From NCBI GenBank assembly GCA_047495785.1, contig JBLDXI010000074.1, positions 1,302,001-1,366,000 of the forward strand: DNA of 64,000 nucleotides. The letters are read 5' to 3'. Origin of the DNA: Lepidodermella squamata (Eukaryota > Animalia > Gastrotricha). Within the stretch, counting starts at the first letter, position 1, and every line of letters begins with the position of its first letter. Under the pieces are notes generated by a model that did not search any database, was not told the origin of the DNA, and saw nothing but the letters and a program-made list of their open reading frames with translations. Both the position numbers and the translations under genes were made by a program. Shown in pieces: positions 1 to 13,020 of this stretch.

Positions 1-3000
1 TCGCGACGAGGACAAGTACCGCCTGGGGCGGACGAAGGTCTTCTTCCGGGCTGGCCAGTTGGCGTACCTCGAGAAGCAGCGGGCGCAGAAGCAGAACGCG
101 TGTGTGACGCTCATCCAGAAAATGGTGCGCGGTTTTATTGCCAAGAATAAATATCGCAAAATCAAACGGTCGATATCGCTTGTTCAACGATTCGGCCGCA
201 GTTTGCTGGCGAAAAGGTGGGGACATTTTTTTTTAATTTCAAAGGTTTTTATAATACTATGATGAGAATGCCGGGGAAATTATTCTCAAAAAATGGCTTA
301 TTTTGAGAATTTAACTTGATAACGGCCATTTGTTTGCAATTTTCCAAATTTTTCGGTGCAATTATTTTCGAATTTTTTGGAAAGCAGAAATCATAAACAT
401 GGCTACGGCATTGGACTGGTGCTTGGGCTGCTAAGAGTAGTCTCAAACGTACTCCATGTCGTCCACAGTAAATATCGGATAAAATATTTTGAATTTTGTT
501 TTCCACAACCTAATTTTGTTTTGGAGCCTATGGTAAAATCTGAAACTTTCAAGAAATTTATTCTAATATGAAATTTTATGAAATTTCTATGAAATTCAAA
601 ATTCATTCATATTTCAATTCAAATTTTAAAGTTTAAACTTTGCGATGAACAATGAATTCCCAATTTTCGAGCCTTTTTCAATTTTTTCAATCGAAATTTT
701 TTCACTGCATTGTCAGATCGGAAAAATTCCAAATTTTGGCTCCTAAAATTGACCATTTTTATTTTAAGATTTTTGGCTTGCCTAGTTGATTCATGACGCG
801 AGCCTAGTTTTTGACCTTGAAAAAAATCAACTGAGTAAATACTGATTTACCGGGTTTAACCCTTGTTTTCTCTCTCGTTTTTTCCATTCTCGCTCTTGTG
901 CTGCCATGATCTCGGTGTTATATTAACATGTATTTTTCTTTGTTTGTGTTCAGACATGCGGTGCACTTGCGGCGGACGAAAGCGGCGACGCGCATTCAGG
1001 CGCGGTGGCGCGGGTTTGTTCAGCGGCGCAAGTTCCAACGCGTTCGCCGGTGGCTGGTCGGCCTGCAGTGTCTCGCTCGCCAGCACCTCGCTAAACGAAG
1101 GTAAGACGACTAAGATAATACTCATACTCATACACACTTCATAACACTTGATATAATTGACTGCGACAAAAACCCGACGAAAAGTCATTACTAGCTTAGC
1201 TACGCTTGATCGTGTATTTTTCACACCTCATACAGTGTACTAAAGAATATCTTATATAGTTTTGTTTTATAATCCAAAATAATCAGAATTTACATAGAAT
1301 TCTTAAAAAAATTTAAATGCCAAGTATTTAAGCTTAGAAAATTAGCTTTTTGACTGGCTAATATTTTAATCTTGGAATTTCTTTCCCGACTTCCCATATT
1401 TTCCAGGAAATTTCTTTTTATTTAGTGGAACAATGATGTTGAATTTAGTTTTCAAGCACTAAACTCGAGATTCTAGCTTTAGTTTTCAACAAAATATGGG
1501 TTTTCGAGTTTCCAGTCGTCACTAGAAACTCGATTTTTGTTGCCATGTCTAATCAATGGATGTTCATCTTACGTTTGCGCTATGAGCGGTCAGCGGGTCA
1601 TTTATGCTTCAGAGTCTATATCGATTCCACGTATCGATTTAAAAAATCAGTGATTTTCCGATATCAACCGGCTTGGGGCCCAACATCGATAGTTTCATCT
1701 ACTTAGCTTAGGGCACCATGTATCTAAAATAACAAATCCCAGTTTCAGGTAGGGTATTAGGAAAAAGCTGAAAACAGGAGAATTTAGTTCCAGGACGCCT
1801 AATTTTAGTGCCGGAACCTTATTTTTAGCGTTGCTAATATTCGGATCCGATTTTCTTTTCCAAGGTTTGACGAATTTTAAATTCATTTTTTTGTTTGCTC
1901 ATGCTAGACTTCTTGCGATTCGATACGAATCGGCAGCGCTCGTTATCCAGAGCTCAGTTCGGCGATGGCTGGCGCAGAAACGGTACAAAACCATGCGCAA
2001 AGGCTTCATCCTCCTGCAGAGCCACTACCGGCGGAAACAGGCGAAGAAGGAACTGCTCAAGCTGCGCGTGCAACAGCGCGACGTCGAGTACGTGCGGTCG
2101 CTTAACAAGGGTCTCGAGAAGAAGATCATGCAGCTGCAGGAGCGCGTCGACGCGAAGGACGCCGAGCTGAAGACGAGCGGCGAGAAGCACCACCTCGAGG
2201 TCGCCGCTCTGCAGCGAAAAATCAAAGAACTCGAGGCGGAAATCGAGTCGAGCCGGTCGAAATTGGCGAATTACGACACGCAACTGCAGCAACTGAATCA
2301 ACAGCTGGAGAAATCGGCGAAGGAGAAGTCGAAAATCGAAATCGAACTGTCGAGTGCGAAGAAGAAATTCGAGGCTGAGATTTCGCAAATTTCAAAAGAA
2401 AACGATAATTTGAAGAAACAGGGCCCGCTGAGTCCTCGGCAGCAATCGTCATCGCCGACTCAGTTGAATAATTCCTCGGATCTACTCGACCCAGCTGCGA
2501 GTTCGTCCTTCCCCGTTGTTCTGCGGCTGCAAAATCGAGTTCGAGAGCTCGAGTCGCAAAACGAGAAGTTGATCAGCCAGCTGGAGGTGCCAGGCAAGCC
2601 GCGCAATTCGTCGATGAACGACGAGAACGGCCAGGCGAAGAACGGCGCCGCGAAAGAGCAGGATGAAGTTTCGGTGATTCGCGAGCGGTTACGCTTGGCC
2701 GAACTCGAGATGGAGAATGCGCGGTTGCGCGGCGATTTGGACGAACTGCGGAAATCGGTCATTTCCAAGGGCCATCTGCCGAATTCGAGCGGCGGCAGTG
2801 AGGCCGGTCGGTTGTTGCTCGAGCAGCTCGGCTCGCTGTCGGCTGAACTCGACAGGCGACGGGCCGAGTGCATCGATTTGAAATCTGCGGTGCTGGCGGG
2901 CGAAATTCGGCGGCGCGGCTCGGCGTCTGACGGCAAGCCTGAGCCGATCGGCACGGATGAGGACCTGCAGATGGTGTACCGGGCTGTTCAGGATTTGAAT

Positions 3001-6000
3001 CGCGCTCTCGAGAGTCAGTTGCGGGCGACTGAGGGCGAGTTGAAGAAGCGTGAGGCGGAATTCGAACGCGAAAAAGAGCTGCTAGTCGCTGAAATCAAGG
3101 CTTATCGCGACGATATCGCCGGTGTAAGTTGCTTTTTCGAGTTTTATCCAATGAGCTATATTTTCGAACCGTCGATTAACGAATTCGAATCGTTTTACAA
3201 TGAATTATTCGAAATTTAACTCAAATTTTCGAAGTTTTCTCGCAATATTGAAAATTTCCCGATGATGCCGGAATAATTAATATCTTCAATAAATGGTTGA
3301 ATTAAGCAATTTTTAAATAAATTTTTGTTTATTGAGATCAAAATTGCTAAAACCGTTTAAATTAATTTTTTATCAGTTGGTTTTATCGATTTTTGAATAA
3401 AATATTCGAATCTGGCAAAATTCACGAAAATGTTGATTTTCAACCAAATTCGACAAATCATTCGAATAATGAGATTTTATTTTTTTCAATGTTGAATCAA
3501 CATATTTTTTGTCGAAATTGAGATTGCGTAGCTTTTTCGAGCTGCGTTGAAGTGTTTTTTCATTGCTGATAAACGATTTCCGAACATCCATCAATTGTTC
3601 GCAATGTATTTCTATAATATTGTTTCGTTGTTTCGTGGATAGATTCTATCGGAACCACCACAAGCGCGTTACGACAAGACGGTTCATCAGCAGTTGCAGA
3701 AGCTCGCCAGTGAAAACCTGGTAAGTATAAGAAAATAATAATAATAGTAACAGCAATGCACGAGTTTTTTGTCTGTATAATATATAATTATTATTGGCCT
3801 ATTTATTGCGCGCGCTTGTTTATGACGCGCGCACTGATGGCCGGTGGTTGCTTAGACGGGTCGGGTTGTAATAACAGCGGGCGGTTTGTATTCTTGTTAG
3901 CAGCTCGCATTAGCTTCGACGACGGTTAATAGATAGATAAAACTTGAAGACGATGTGGGCTGGGTGGCGAGAGAGCGAACGAGCAAGATGCGGAATAAAT
4001 AATAATAATAATAGCATTAAGTATATATGTAGTAGCAGCAGCGTTGAAGAAATGGTTGCAACCGGCATTTCGCGCCTCTGTGCCGGTTTGCTGAATACAT
4101 CATATATTCGCAATGCTTGCAAGTAAGTAAGCGCTCGCTCGCCGGCTCGTCTCTTGATTAGAGAGCGCGTGCGCCCCCTTTTTTGCCGCCTGCCTCCATT
4201 ATGCAGCAGGCCTTGAAACGCGATTCGTCATACCAGCTGTTGCGTTGAAATTGCGTCTATACTCGCCATTGCGGAATATACACATTTATTATCATATTAT
4301 ACTATACTGGTCCACCACCACCACCACCTGCTTTATAACGGAAATATATTAGCGAATTTCTTATTTTTTCAATTAATTATTTGTGCTAAATTCGGCTTGT
4401 CTCGCGTAGAACTTTCCATCGAGTGCGAATTTGTTTGCGGCTTATAATTTCTATTTATTTAATTGGTTTGATCCACAGGTCCATTCATTTTGAGAATTGG
4501 AAAGAAATTATCATTTCACAATTTTATGATTTGGAATTTGATGCAACTGTTGAACTGGATGTATTACCACATTTTTGATGTTCCATTTCCGAGAAATCTT
4601 TTGCATTTACAGTTTACAGCATTTTTATCTCCTTTTCGAACTTCGGTCAGATGTTGAACGCAATTTTCTAAATTGTCAGAAGTTGAAAAATTGAATATTT
4701 TAATAACTTGTAAAATTAGATGAATTCCTATCATATCCTATCTCTGAAATTCCGACAACTATTAGAATTTTTTCTTGGAAATTATTTGAATTTTTCTGTT
4801 TTCTCTAGGATTTGTATTCTCAGCTGCACCAGGAGCGAGAAGCTGTCCGCCGGCTGAAAAAGCACCTCAAAATCACACTACAGCGAAATCGCGTTCTACA
4901 ACAAGGTAATTTCCTCTTCATTTACGCGTTGTCCACTAAATTCACCCGCAACAATAGTCATACAAGTAGTCATGATGATGAACTCCATCATTTTATTTAC
5001 TTCCCTTGAGTTGGTTACACAAACATACTATAATATCAGTAAAACTGAGATTTTTTCTAATGATAATGACCTAATAATTTTCGGCTGCTCCGTGGCACAG
5101 GTCACCAGTTGTCGTGGAAAGATTTCATTCTAGAATCAGCCACCAGCCTGCTGCAGTGTAAGTTGCGCAACGGCTAAACGACCGTGACGCATGGCCTTTT
5201 TAGTCTTACCTCTATGTTGTTCAATAATGTCCCTTTCGCGTTTTGTGCCCGTTCATTGTCCGTCCAAATGTGCTGTTTACTCCGTTATCCCGTTGTTTTA
5301 TTCACCTAATTTTATTTTTACGGCTTCTGTAATTAGGCCAGTTCTTTCAAGCTAAACTGTTCCCTTTATTTTGTCCCATCTTGAAATTGCACTGAATTTT
5401 GTGCACGATATAGTATTATCCAGCTTTTTTCTCATAAAATTGCTTATTTTCACACTTGCGTGCGAAACGATAAAATGCGGCATTCTGCGCTTCTAAACTC
5501 AAAAATCGTGCGCATTCAGTGCGCCTAATTTTTTCGAGATTTTGCCTTGCTAGAGCGCGTGTCAAGTTGTGCTTTTTTCGCAGCAAAAATATATTTTATG
5601 ATCGCGAAGAATCAGATCTGTTGAAATTTGGATGTACTCTGTCTTTTAATTTTCCAGAGTTTAGTATTCGAGATTCTACATTTTTCTTACGTTTTTCTTC
5701 GATTATTTTGAGCTTCCAATTGAAAGTTGTGAAAGAAAAATTCTTCAAATGAGCTTTTATCGCGTTAGAATTTTGAAAGTTCTCTAAGTCATGGCTATCA
5801 TTATACTCTGCTAGAGCGCTTAAATTTGAGAACTCGCTCTCGAGTAGGGGACGTGAAAATATTTAGACCCACAAGTTGCGCTTCACGTCTCAATTTGTCG
5901 TACACTTGTTTGGCGATAATGCGCGAAAAAAAACTTAATTTAATTCCGACTTTGGCAGACTGCTCTAGGTATAGGTATATCCAATAATTTAACCAACGCG

Positions 6001-9000
6001 CGCTGTAAGTGTTGCACAGTAAACACACACGTCGGCGCGTTATTTTGAGCCCGAGCCAGCTAGACTTCACGGAGCCAGCAGCCAGACAACACGGCATGGC
6101 GACGGCAGACGACGGCAGCAGATAAAAACACCTGAAATTGTGGCGCCGCGGAAACGCGAGCGATGCGCGTCAACAGTAGCAATTTTAACGTCACCAAACC
6201 ATAATATATACAGACTCTACTTGGCTATGAGCGCGCATATCGCCCAGGTCTTCGGTTTTTGAGCGCGTCCAACACTTGCCCCGCGTTTATTTATTTGCGC
6301 GTCTTTTATTGTTGCCGTTCAGCTTGACGATGACGATGATGGCGATGATGAATGTACCTATATGCGTATCTTTTATCATGCGAAAAATGTATCTATATTT
6401 GAGGTGTCGTCCCACACGGCTTTTGCACCGTGATAGCGTCAAGCGCGGTTTTTATAACATACGACTATTTGCGCGCGCATCGCATCGCTCACACATTTCA
6501 TATACATGGATGGCATATGCAGTAGCCTTGTTTTATGTATATTTTACTATCATACAAATGTTGATGTTTTAATTTGATTTGATTAATTGCTATCTCTCAA
6601 TTAAATTTATTTCATAGCTCAATTTTATTTGTGCGAGAATTATTATTCCTTACGTTTACCGCTCATTTGTGTTACGTTCCTGATACATATACCCGGAAGA
6701 AATAATATGGTTTCTTTGTACATGTCCCGGCGCCTTACCGGGTATTTCCGTTCGAGTTAGTTTTACGCCAACAATTTTACAGTTTTACCGTTTCACATTT
6801 AGGTTTTTGAAAACTGCTCTGGGTTCCATCCATATTTTTTCCAAATTTGCAAGAGAGGATTTAAAAATACTCCAACTTAATTGTAGCGAATTGTAAAAAA
6901 TTCAATTTCCAAAACCTGCTCACTATGCTGTCTGAAAAATGCCCCGTTGACACGTTTTTATTCATCTAATGATTATTTATTTATTTTTATTCATTTCCAA
7001 TATTCAGTAATAGTTTGAATATTCGAAATCGCAAATGGAATAATTTCCCAATAATTTTGAGTAATTGGATTTTTTCCATCTGAGATTTTTCACTCAGAAA
7101 TTTAGGCCACATTTTGAAAACCTTCGAAAATATTAAGAAAATTGTCTACAAACTTCCTTATTATGGCTAACCAATTCGGCATTTTGCTGTTTTTTCAGGC
7201 TTATCTTTGATTTGGGGTCTTCATAAGGTTATCAAGTGTTTTGGGGGGTAGTGAAGCCCTGCCTTATCCCCATCTGATCTAGTCGGTTCACTGTTGGATA
7301 TATCAACGAGAACATATTTATTTTTGTGTATTTTTGTTGTACCATGTTCAACCTTTTTTCTTGTTTATTTCGTTGAATTTTCGAATTTTCATTGATTTTC
7401 TCTCAATTTTCAATAATTGCAGATGGCGACAAAGAGCTGTTGGCTGAACTGGACGAGTTGCCGCCGCCAAACAACGGCATCCTGTCGTTCCGGTCCGAGG
7501 ACATCGACATGCTCATCCGCAACATGGTGACGGCCGTGCAGCCGTCGGCCGTGCTCGGCCTGTCGAACCCGACGGTCATCGGCGACGTGATGTTCATGTG
7601 CATCCGGCACACGGACCAGCTGAACGACGACGACAAGCTGGAGCGGCTGTTCACGGCGTTCGTGCGCGGCGTGCGCAAGTCGGTGAAGCAGCACAAGCTC
7701 GACGTCGACGTGCTGCTGATGTGGCTGACGAACCTGCACCGGTTGTCGAACCACATGAAGCAGTACAGCGGCGAGGCCAAGTTCATGGCCGACTCGACGG
7801 AGAAGCAGCGCGCGCACTGCCTCGTCAACTTCGACCTCAGCGAGCTGCGCACGATGGTCAACGACGAGGCGATCAGTGTTTTCGACACCGTGCTGGCGGC
7901 CTACCAAACCATTCTACAGCAGCAAATCGGTATGTCATCTTTTTCTAAGGTCTAAGGGTGTAAATCAGATTTTTGCCATAAATTCGAGTTCTTATCTCGA
8001 AAATCTAATTTCTTGCATTTTTCGAAATTTCATTTTTTCTTGGAAATTGTACGAGCAATTTTAGTTTTGAATTTTTAGCTTTATTTTATTTTACCAAAAT
8101 TAAATTTTTCATATAGTTTACTTCAAGTTTTACAGTTCTCATGTTTCACTTTTAAAAGTCGAAAAATCACTTTTCCCCTCGAAAGTGCAAATCGATTTGT
8201 ACCAATTATCGAATAGAGGACCCTGAAAATGTCGTTGAAACCAATTTCAACTGCGGTTTCTACTCGCTGTTCTACCTAAATATTCAAAAATCCAGAGAAA
8301 TCGAGACATGTTTACATGTTCGTCTCATCAAGATGAGATGCCAAATATGGGGCCGAGTTTGAACATTTCGGTGAATTTTGAAAATTGAGATTTTTTGTTA
8401 ATTCAACATCGTTGAAAAATTGGTTTATTTGAAGAATAAATTAGCACCTGTCCAAGGCTTCACGTTTGCTTATAATTTTCGGATCATGATTCTGGAATTT
8501 AAAATTGAAGGTATACTAGCAGTTTTCCTCGCGTAAGTAGTCAACCCGGATTTAGTCGATTTTATTCAGCTGCTCATGTATCATATTTATCAACGATGAC
8601 ATTCCTCTGTTTCGTTTCCGCCACTTTGATAACTTGCGCCTGGTTTATATCTTCGCCATCTATTTTTTTCATCAAATCGAATTATTGGTAATGCGAATTC
8701 TGATTATTTAGGAATTTTGTAAATTGTATTCCTTTCAAAGTTTAAAGCTGTGTTTTGAATATTCTTGTCATGATTTATCAAATTTTGTATTGAAGGATAA
8801 TAAGACTTTGTGAAAAATATGGGTCAACTATTTTTAAGAACTTCCTTCATTGTGAAAAATGAATTTTCAACGTGTTTCCCCTTTGTGATTTTAGTGCCTT
8901 GCTTGTTGGAGTACGACGGCATTTCGGCGTCGACAGGCGGCCGGCAGCCGAAGCGTACGCCGCAGTCGCCGCAGTCGAACTCGAACGAGGGAATGTCGTC

Positions 9001-9613
9001 GCCGCGCAACGCCCCGCTCACGATGGACGGCCTGCTGGTGCAACTGACGCAGGTGCTGAGCCAGTGCCAGGCGTTCCGCATCGACACGTTCGTCATGCGC
9101 CTGCTCTTCCACGGCCTCATCCACTTCGTCGTGTGCACGGCGCTCAACAATTTGATGCTGCGCCGCGAACTGTGCAACTCGACGAAAGGCCTGTCGATCC
9201 GCTTCAACCTGTCCACCATCGAACAGTGGCTGCGAGATCGCGATTTCTCCGACCTGATCAACCTGCTGGAGCCGCTCGTGCAGGCGTGTCACCTGCTGCA
9301 GTCGAACAAGGCGACCCTCCACACGACCGTGCACGAGATTTGCCCGAAACTGAGCGTGCAACAGGTGGTCAAGATCCTGAATATCTACGACCCGGTCGAC
9401 CAGTGGGACTCGAAGGTGCCCATTTCGCAGATTAAGCAAATCGAAACGGCGCTGCGACGCCGCCGCGGCGACGAGGTGGTCATTCAGGAGCCGCTGTTCT
9501 TGAACACGCGCTGCCACCTGCCCGTCTCGTTTCCGTTTAAAGCGACGCAAATCGAATTCGACACGCTGCCGATTCCGCTCGAGTTGAATCTGGACTTCCT
9601 GAAACGTGTCTAG
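1..9613 (+). CDS. MYO5: Unconventional myosin V, 3' part (end of motor, IQ neck, coiled coil, globular tail/DIL domain); 5' end lies outside the window
   Basis: Exons read with GT-AG and phase continuity: <2-216 ([22 protein letters not shown] motifs), 954-1100 (IQARWRG), 1908-3123 ([15 protein letters not shown] coiled coil), 3643-3720 (QKLASENL), 4809-4905 (VRRLKKHLK), 7423-7929 (FMCIRHTD...WLTN...KQYSGE...[10 protein letters not shown]), 8895-9613 ([12 protein letters not shown]...[14 protein letters not shown] domain), stop TAG at 9611-9613. Confidence 0.96.
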
Positions 9614-11559
9614 TGTTTTTCTTGTTTGTTTTGTCTTGCCAAAAAAATAACTTACAGAAAATCGTGTCAAGATTATACTGAAATATTACTGCAAAAATCT
9701 TTGTGATCGAGTTTTGATCTTTTTTATGTGCAATGCTAAAAAAATGACTGTTTAATCACCTGTGTTTTTTTCGCCTCGCCTCAGCTACTACTACGAGTGC
9801 AATTATAATATTATTTATTTTCAGTTTTTAAAATCTCGCACGTTATTAAACCGGGAATAAGTGTAGCGAATAATCAAAAGCATTCGTTTTTACCGATCTC
9901 TGCGACGAGTTTGATCGTATTACATACGCAAAAACTGCTCTATTTACAAGCGCGTGATGACAAAGCACGAAAAATAACACGAGTTTTCTTTGTTTATAGC
10001 GCGATTATACTAATATTAATAATAATATTAATTTTTTCCTCCTCCAGCCGGCTGCTATTTACCGTGTTGTACGATGACTACGTGTAATACTACTTGTACT
10101 ACTACTACTACTCGTTAAAATTCCTCCACTATGACAAGCGTCTTCTCATTCGGCTAGCAAAAAACCAACTACCCATGATTTTTTGCTAAAATAAATTATA
10201 TACACTTACTTGACGGCTCAGTTGCGACGAAAAAAGTGCTTCTTATTAAAGTCTGATACATGTTGTTTAACAATCCACTAGAAATAAAGTGATTTTTTCC
10301 AAAAAATTCAGTGATATAACATTTGAAAGAATTTGATCTTCTCTTTTCTGCTTGCGTCTCGTGAGACATCGAAATTTCGTATTTTTTCTCCTATTCTCTA
10401 TTATGATGTAGATAGCAATGTTATATAGTTGTTGTGAGAAATTTTGCTGTTTGCTAGGACGATAACATGTGATGTTTACGATTTTTTGTGAGTGTTCACC
10501 TTTGACCTCCATTACTATTCTTGAGATAAGTTAACGCGCCTTTTTATCTCGTTAACAATTAGTCGCGTTATTAAAATTAATGCAAAAAATTATTATTACT
10601 GCAACAAGACACTGCAACCGGGATTGATGACATGATGATAGTATATTATATTACTACTTTATTATTTATTATCACAGCACTGTGTAATAATTATATATCA
10701 CCGAGGCCTTTGATGCGATTCGATGATGAGTGAGATATTGCTATTATATATATTGAGAAAAATGATCTTTTGTCTGTGCAAAAACTCGACAAAAAACGAA
10801 TTGATGATGACATTAAAAAGTTTTCTGAATGATTTCTGACATCTCTTTTTTAACAAAATGATCCTATTAGCTTTAAAAAAAATCCCGTACTAGGACTTCA
10901 ATTTTTTCACTTGTAGTAACTCGAAATTTTAGCTTGCTCACTTCCATGAAATATTCGAGGGTAACCTAACGTCAAAAATAATTTAGAAATCTTGACATAT
11001 CGAAAATTTCAAATCTGACATTTTTTGGAGATTTTTTGGAGATTCTGGAGCTATTTCATAACTAATCTCCTCGTAAAGTATTTTTTCGTTATTAAATGGC
11101 TCAGCTCTATTTCGTTCGACTTGCTTTGGAATTAGTAGGATAATCCTGTTTCCTATACAAATGTGATTACTAATGTTTGTAGGTCTAATTTGAACCTTCG
11201 TGAAATCTTCCTCGATTTATTCAAAATTTTCAGAAGTTATGGTCTAAGAATGGTCTGGGTCATTTTGTTTGTGAAACTTCTAAAAAAATCATAAGAATCC
11301 CTCCCCATGCACATTTCCAAGCCATTGGAATTATTTTCCCCGCTAAATTTGAAACCTTCGGAATTCAATCTGAGGCTCCAAACTTATAATCAAGATAAAA
11401 AAGTAACTTCCCTAGTTTTGCTGGCTTATTTTTTTTTAATTCGAGTTTTTAATTTGAGAATATTTTCTGGTCTGTTTCAGATTTGTTCCATATATTTGTG
11501 CTAAATTTTCTGCCAATTTTAGGTTTTTTTTTGGTTAAATTTGAAGTTGAAACCGTAAA

Positions 11560-13020
11560 ATGGCCGCACAAGCCCAGTTGAAGAAGATTCAAGAGCGCGT
11601 GAACACGATCCTGAAGGACGAGACGACGCCGCTGGGGCGCTTCGCCGCGCAGGCCGAGAAGACGACGACGATCCCGCGCGACCGCCTCGCCGCCGCCGCC
11701 GCCGGCCTCGTGCTCGTGTGGCTCGTGTTCGGCTACGGCGCGCAGCTGCTGTGCAACACGGTCGGCTTCGTGTACCCGGCGTACGCGTCGATCAAGGCGC
11801 TCGAGACGCACCAGGCCGACGACGACAAGAAGTGGCTGACGTACTGGGTCGCCTTCTCCGCCTTCAGCATCGTCGAGTTCTTCGCCGACATCATCCTGTC
11901 GTGGCTGTCCATCTACTGGCTCATCAAGTGCCTCCTGCTCGTGTGGCTCATGGTGCCCGGCCCGTACAACGGCAGCCTCGTCCTCTACGAACGCATTTTG
12001 CGCCCGTTTTTCCTCAAGAACGAGTCCAAGTTCGACAAAGTTGTGAACGCCGCTGAAAATGGTGAGTCATCACCACAAAAATTTTGAAAAAAATTGGATT
12101 TAAGGCGAACTTTCCGAAATAATTTTTTTGAAAAGAGAAAGGAAAAATGGAAAGAAATTGAAATTGAAAAATTTGCTTACCGTAGTTGCCGAAATACTAA
12201 CCCGGGCTTATACAAGAATGACAGCTCGAAAAATGGGGAAAAGTAGGCTACTATTCGAGACTAGGCTTCTATTTGAGATAGGACTATGCATCGAGGAATT
12301 TCAATTTACCTAGGCTTCTAAACGAGACAGGCTTTTAAACGAGTAGGGGCTTATATTTCGGTAACTACGGTAATACGTTGATTTTTCCTATTTTTTCGAG
12401 TTTTCGAATTTTGAAATTTCAGAGACATATCTTGAAATGTTCTGAAATTATTGCACTGCGCCCCATAACTAAATAAATTCTATATTCAATCGGAATAAAT
12501 TGATCCGCAGAAATTCGGTCCAACCGGTTGAAATACCGAAAATTACTGAAACAGTTACCATTCGGAAAATTGGCGATTTGTTCGGCGAAATCGCGGATAA
12601 AGTCTAATTCAAAGTAAAATGGAAGAATTGGAAAATATGAGACACGCTGCAGCAAAATTTGAAAATCTGAAAAATTCAGGAAATCTCGAGAAATTTGAGA
12701 ATTTTCTAGTGGAACGGCAGAGTAATAAATTTCAATTTTCAGTTCGAATTTGGAAATTTATAATGATAAGAAGTGAAAATAAGAAGTGAAAATTAAAAAC
12801 ATGAAGTAGCCTTAACTGTTATTGCTAACCGATAATTTGGGTCAATTGAGTTCAGCGGATAATTTCATTTTCCCAGATTTTGTCAATCAATTTTTCCAAT
12901 GAGTTACTTATTCGAATTTTCCCAATATTCTCGGCTTCAACTAATTTTTTCGATTTTTTTCTAGCTGCCAAGAACGCGGCGAAGGAAGTGCGCGACGTCA
13001 TCAGCGACAAGACGGACTAA
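11560..13020 (+). CDS. REEP5: Receptor expression-enhancing protein 5/6 (TB2/DP1/HVA22, Yop1 family) ER-shaping protein
   Basis: LLCNTVGFVYPAYASIKALE...DDKKWLTYWV...EFFADI..WL..Y..IKC..LVWL motif. Exon 11560-12061 (donor GTGAGT) joins exon 12965-13020 (AAKNAAKEVRDVISDKTD*). Confidence 0.95.
12178..12372. mobile_element. MITE in the REEP intron
   Basis: 19-bp terminal inverted repeats TACCGTAGTTGCCGAAATA / TATTTCGGTAACTACGGTA (1 mismatch), TA at both ends, and internal degenerate ~17-bp repeats (TAGGCTTCTA(TT/AA)CGAGA). Confidence 0.85.

Noticed and set aside
3840-4126. Possible alternative myosin V exon ending at the strong GTAAGT at 4123
   Set aside because: No acceptor gives a phase 0-0 stop-free exon of convincing length; upstream frames contain stops.
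1895-12056. Long overlapping and antisense ORFs over myosin V and REEP exons (e.g. 7410-7907, 8891-9670, 11718-12056)
   Set aside because: Shadow ORFs produced by extreme GC3 bias in the real coding frames.
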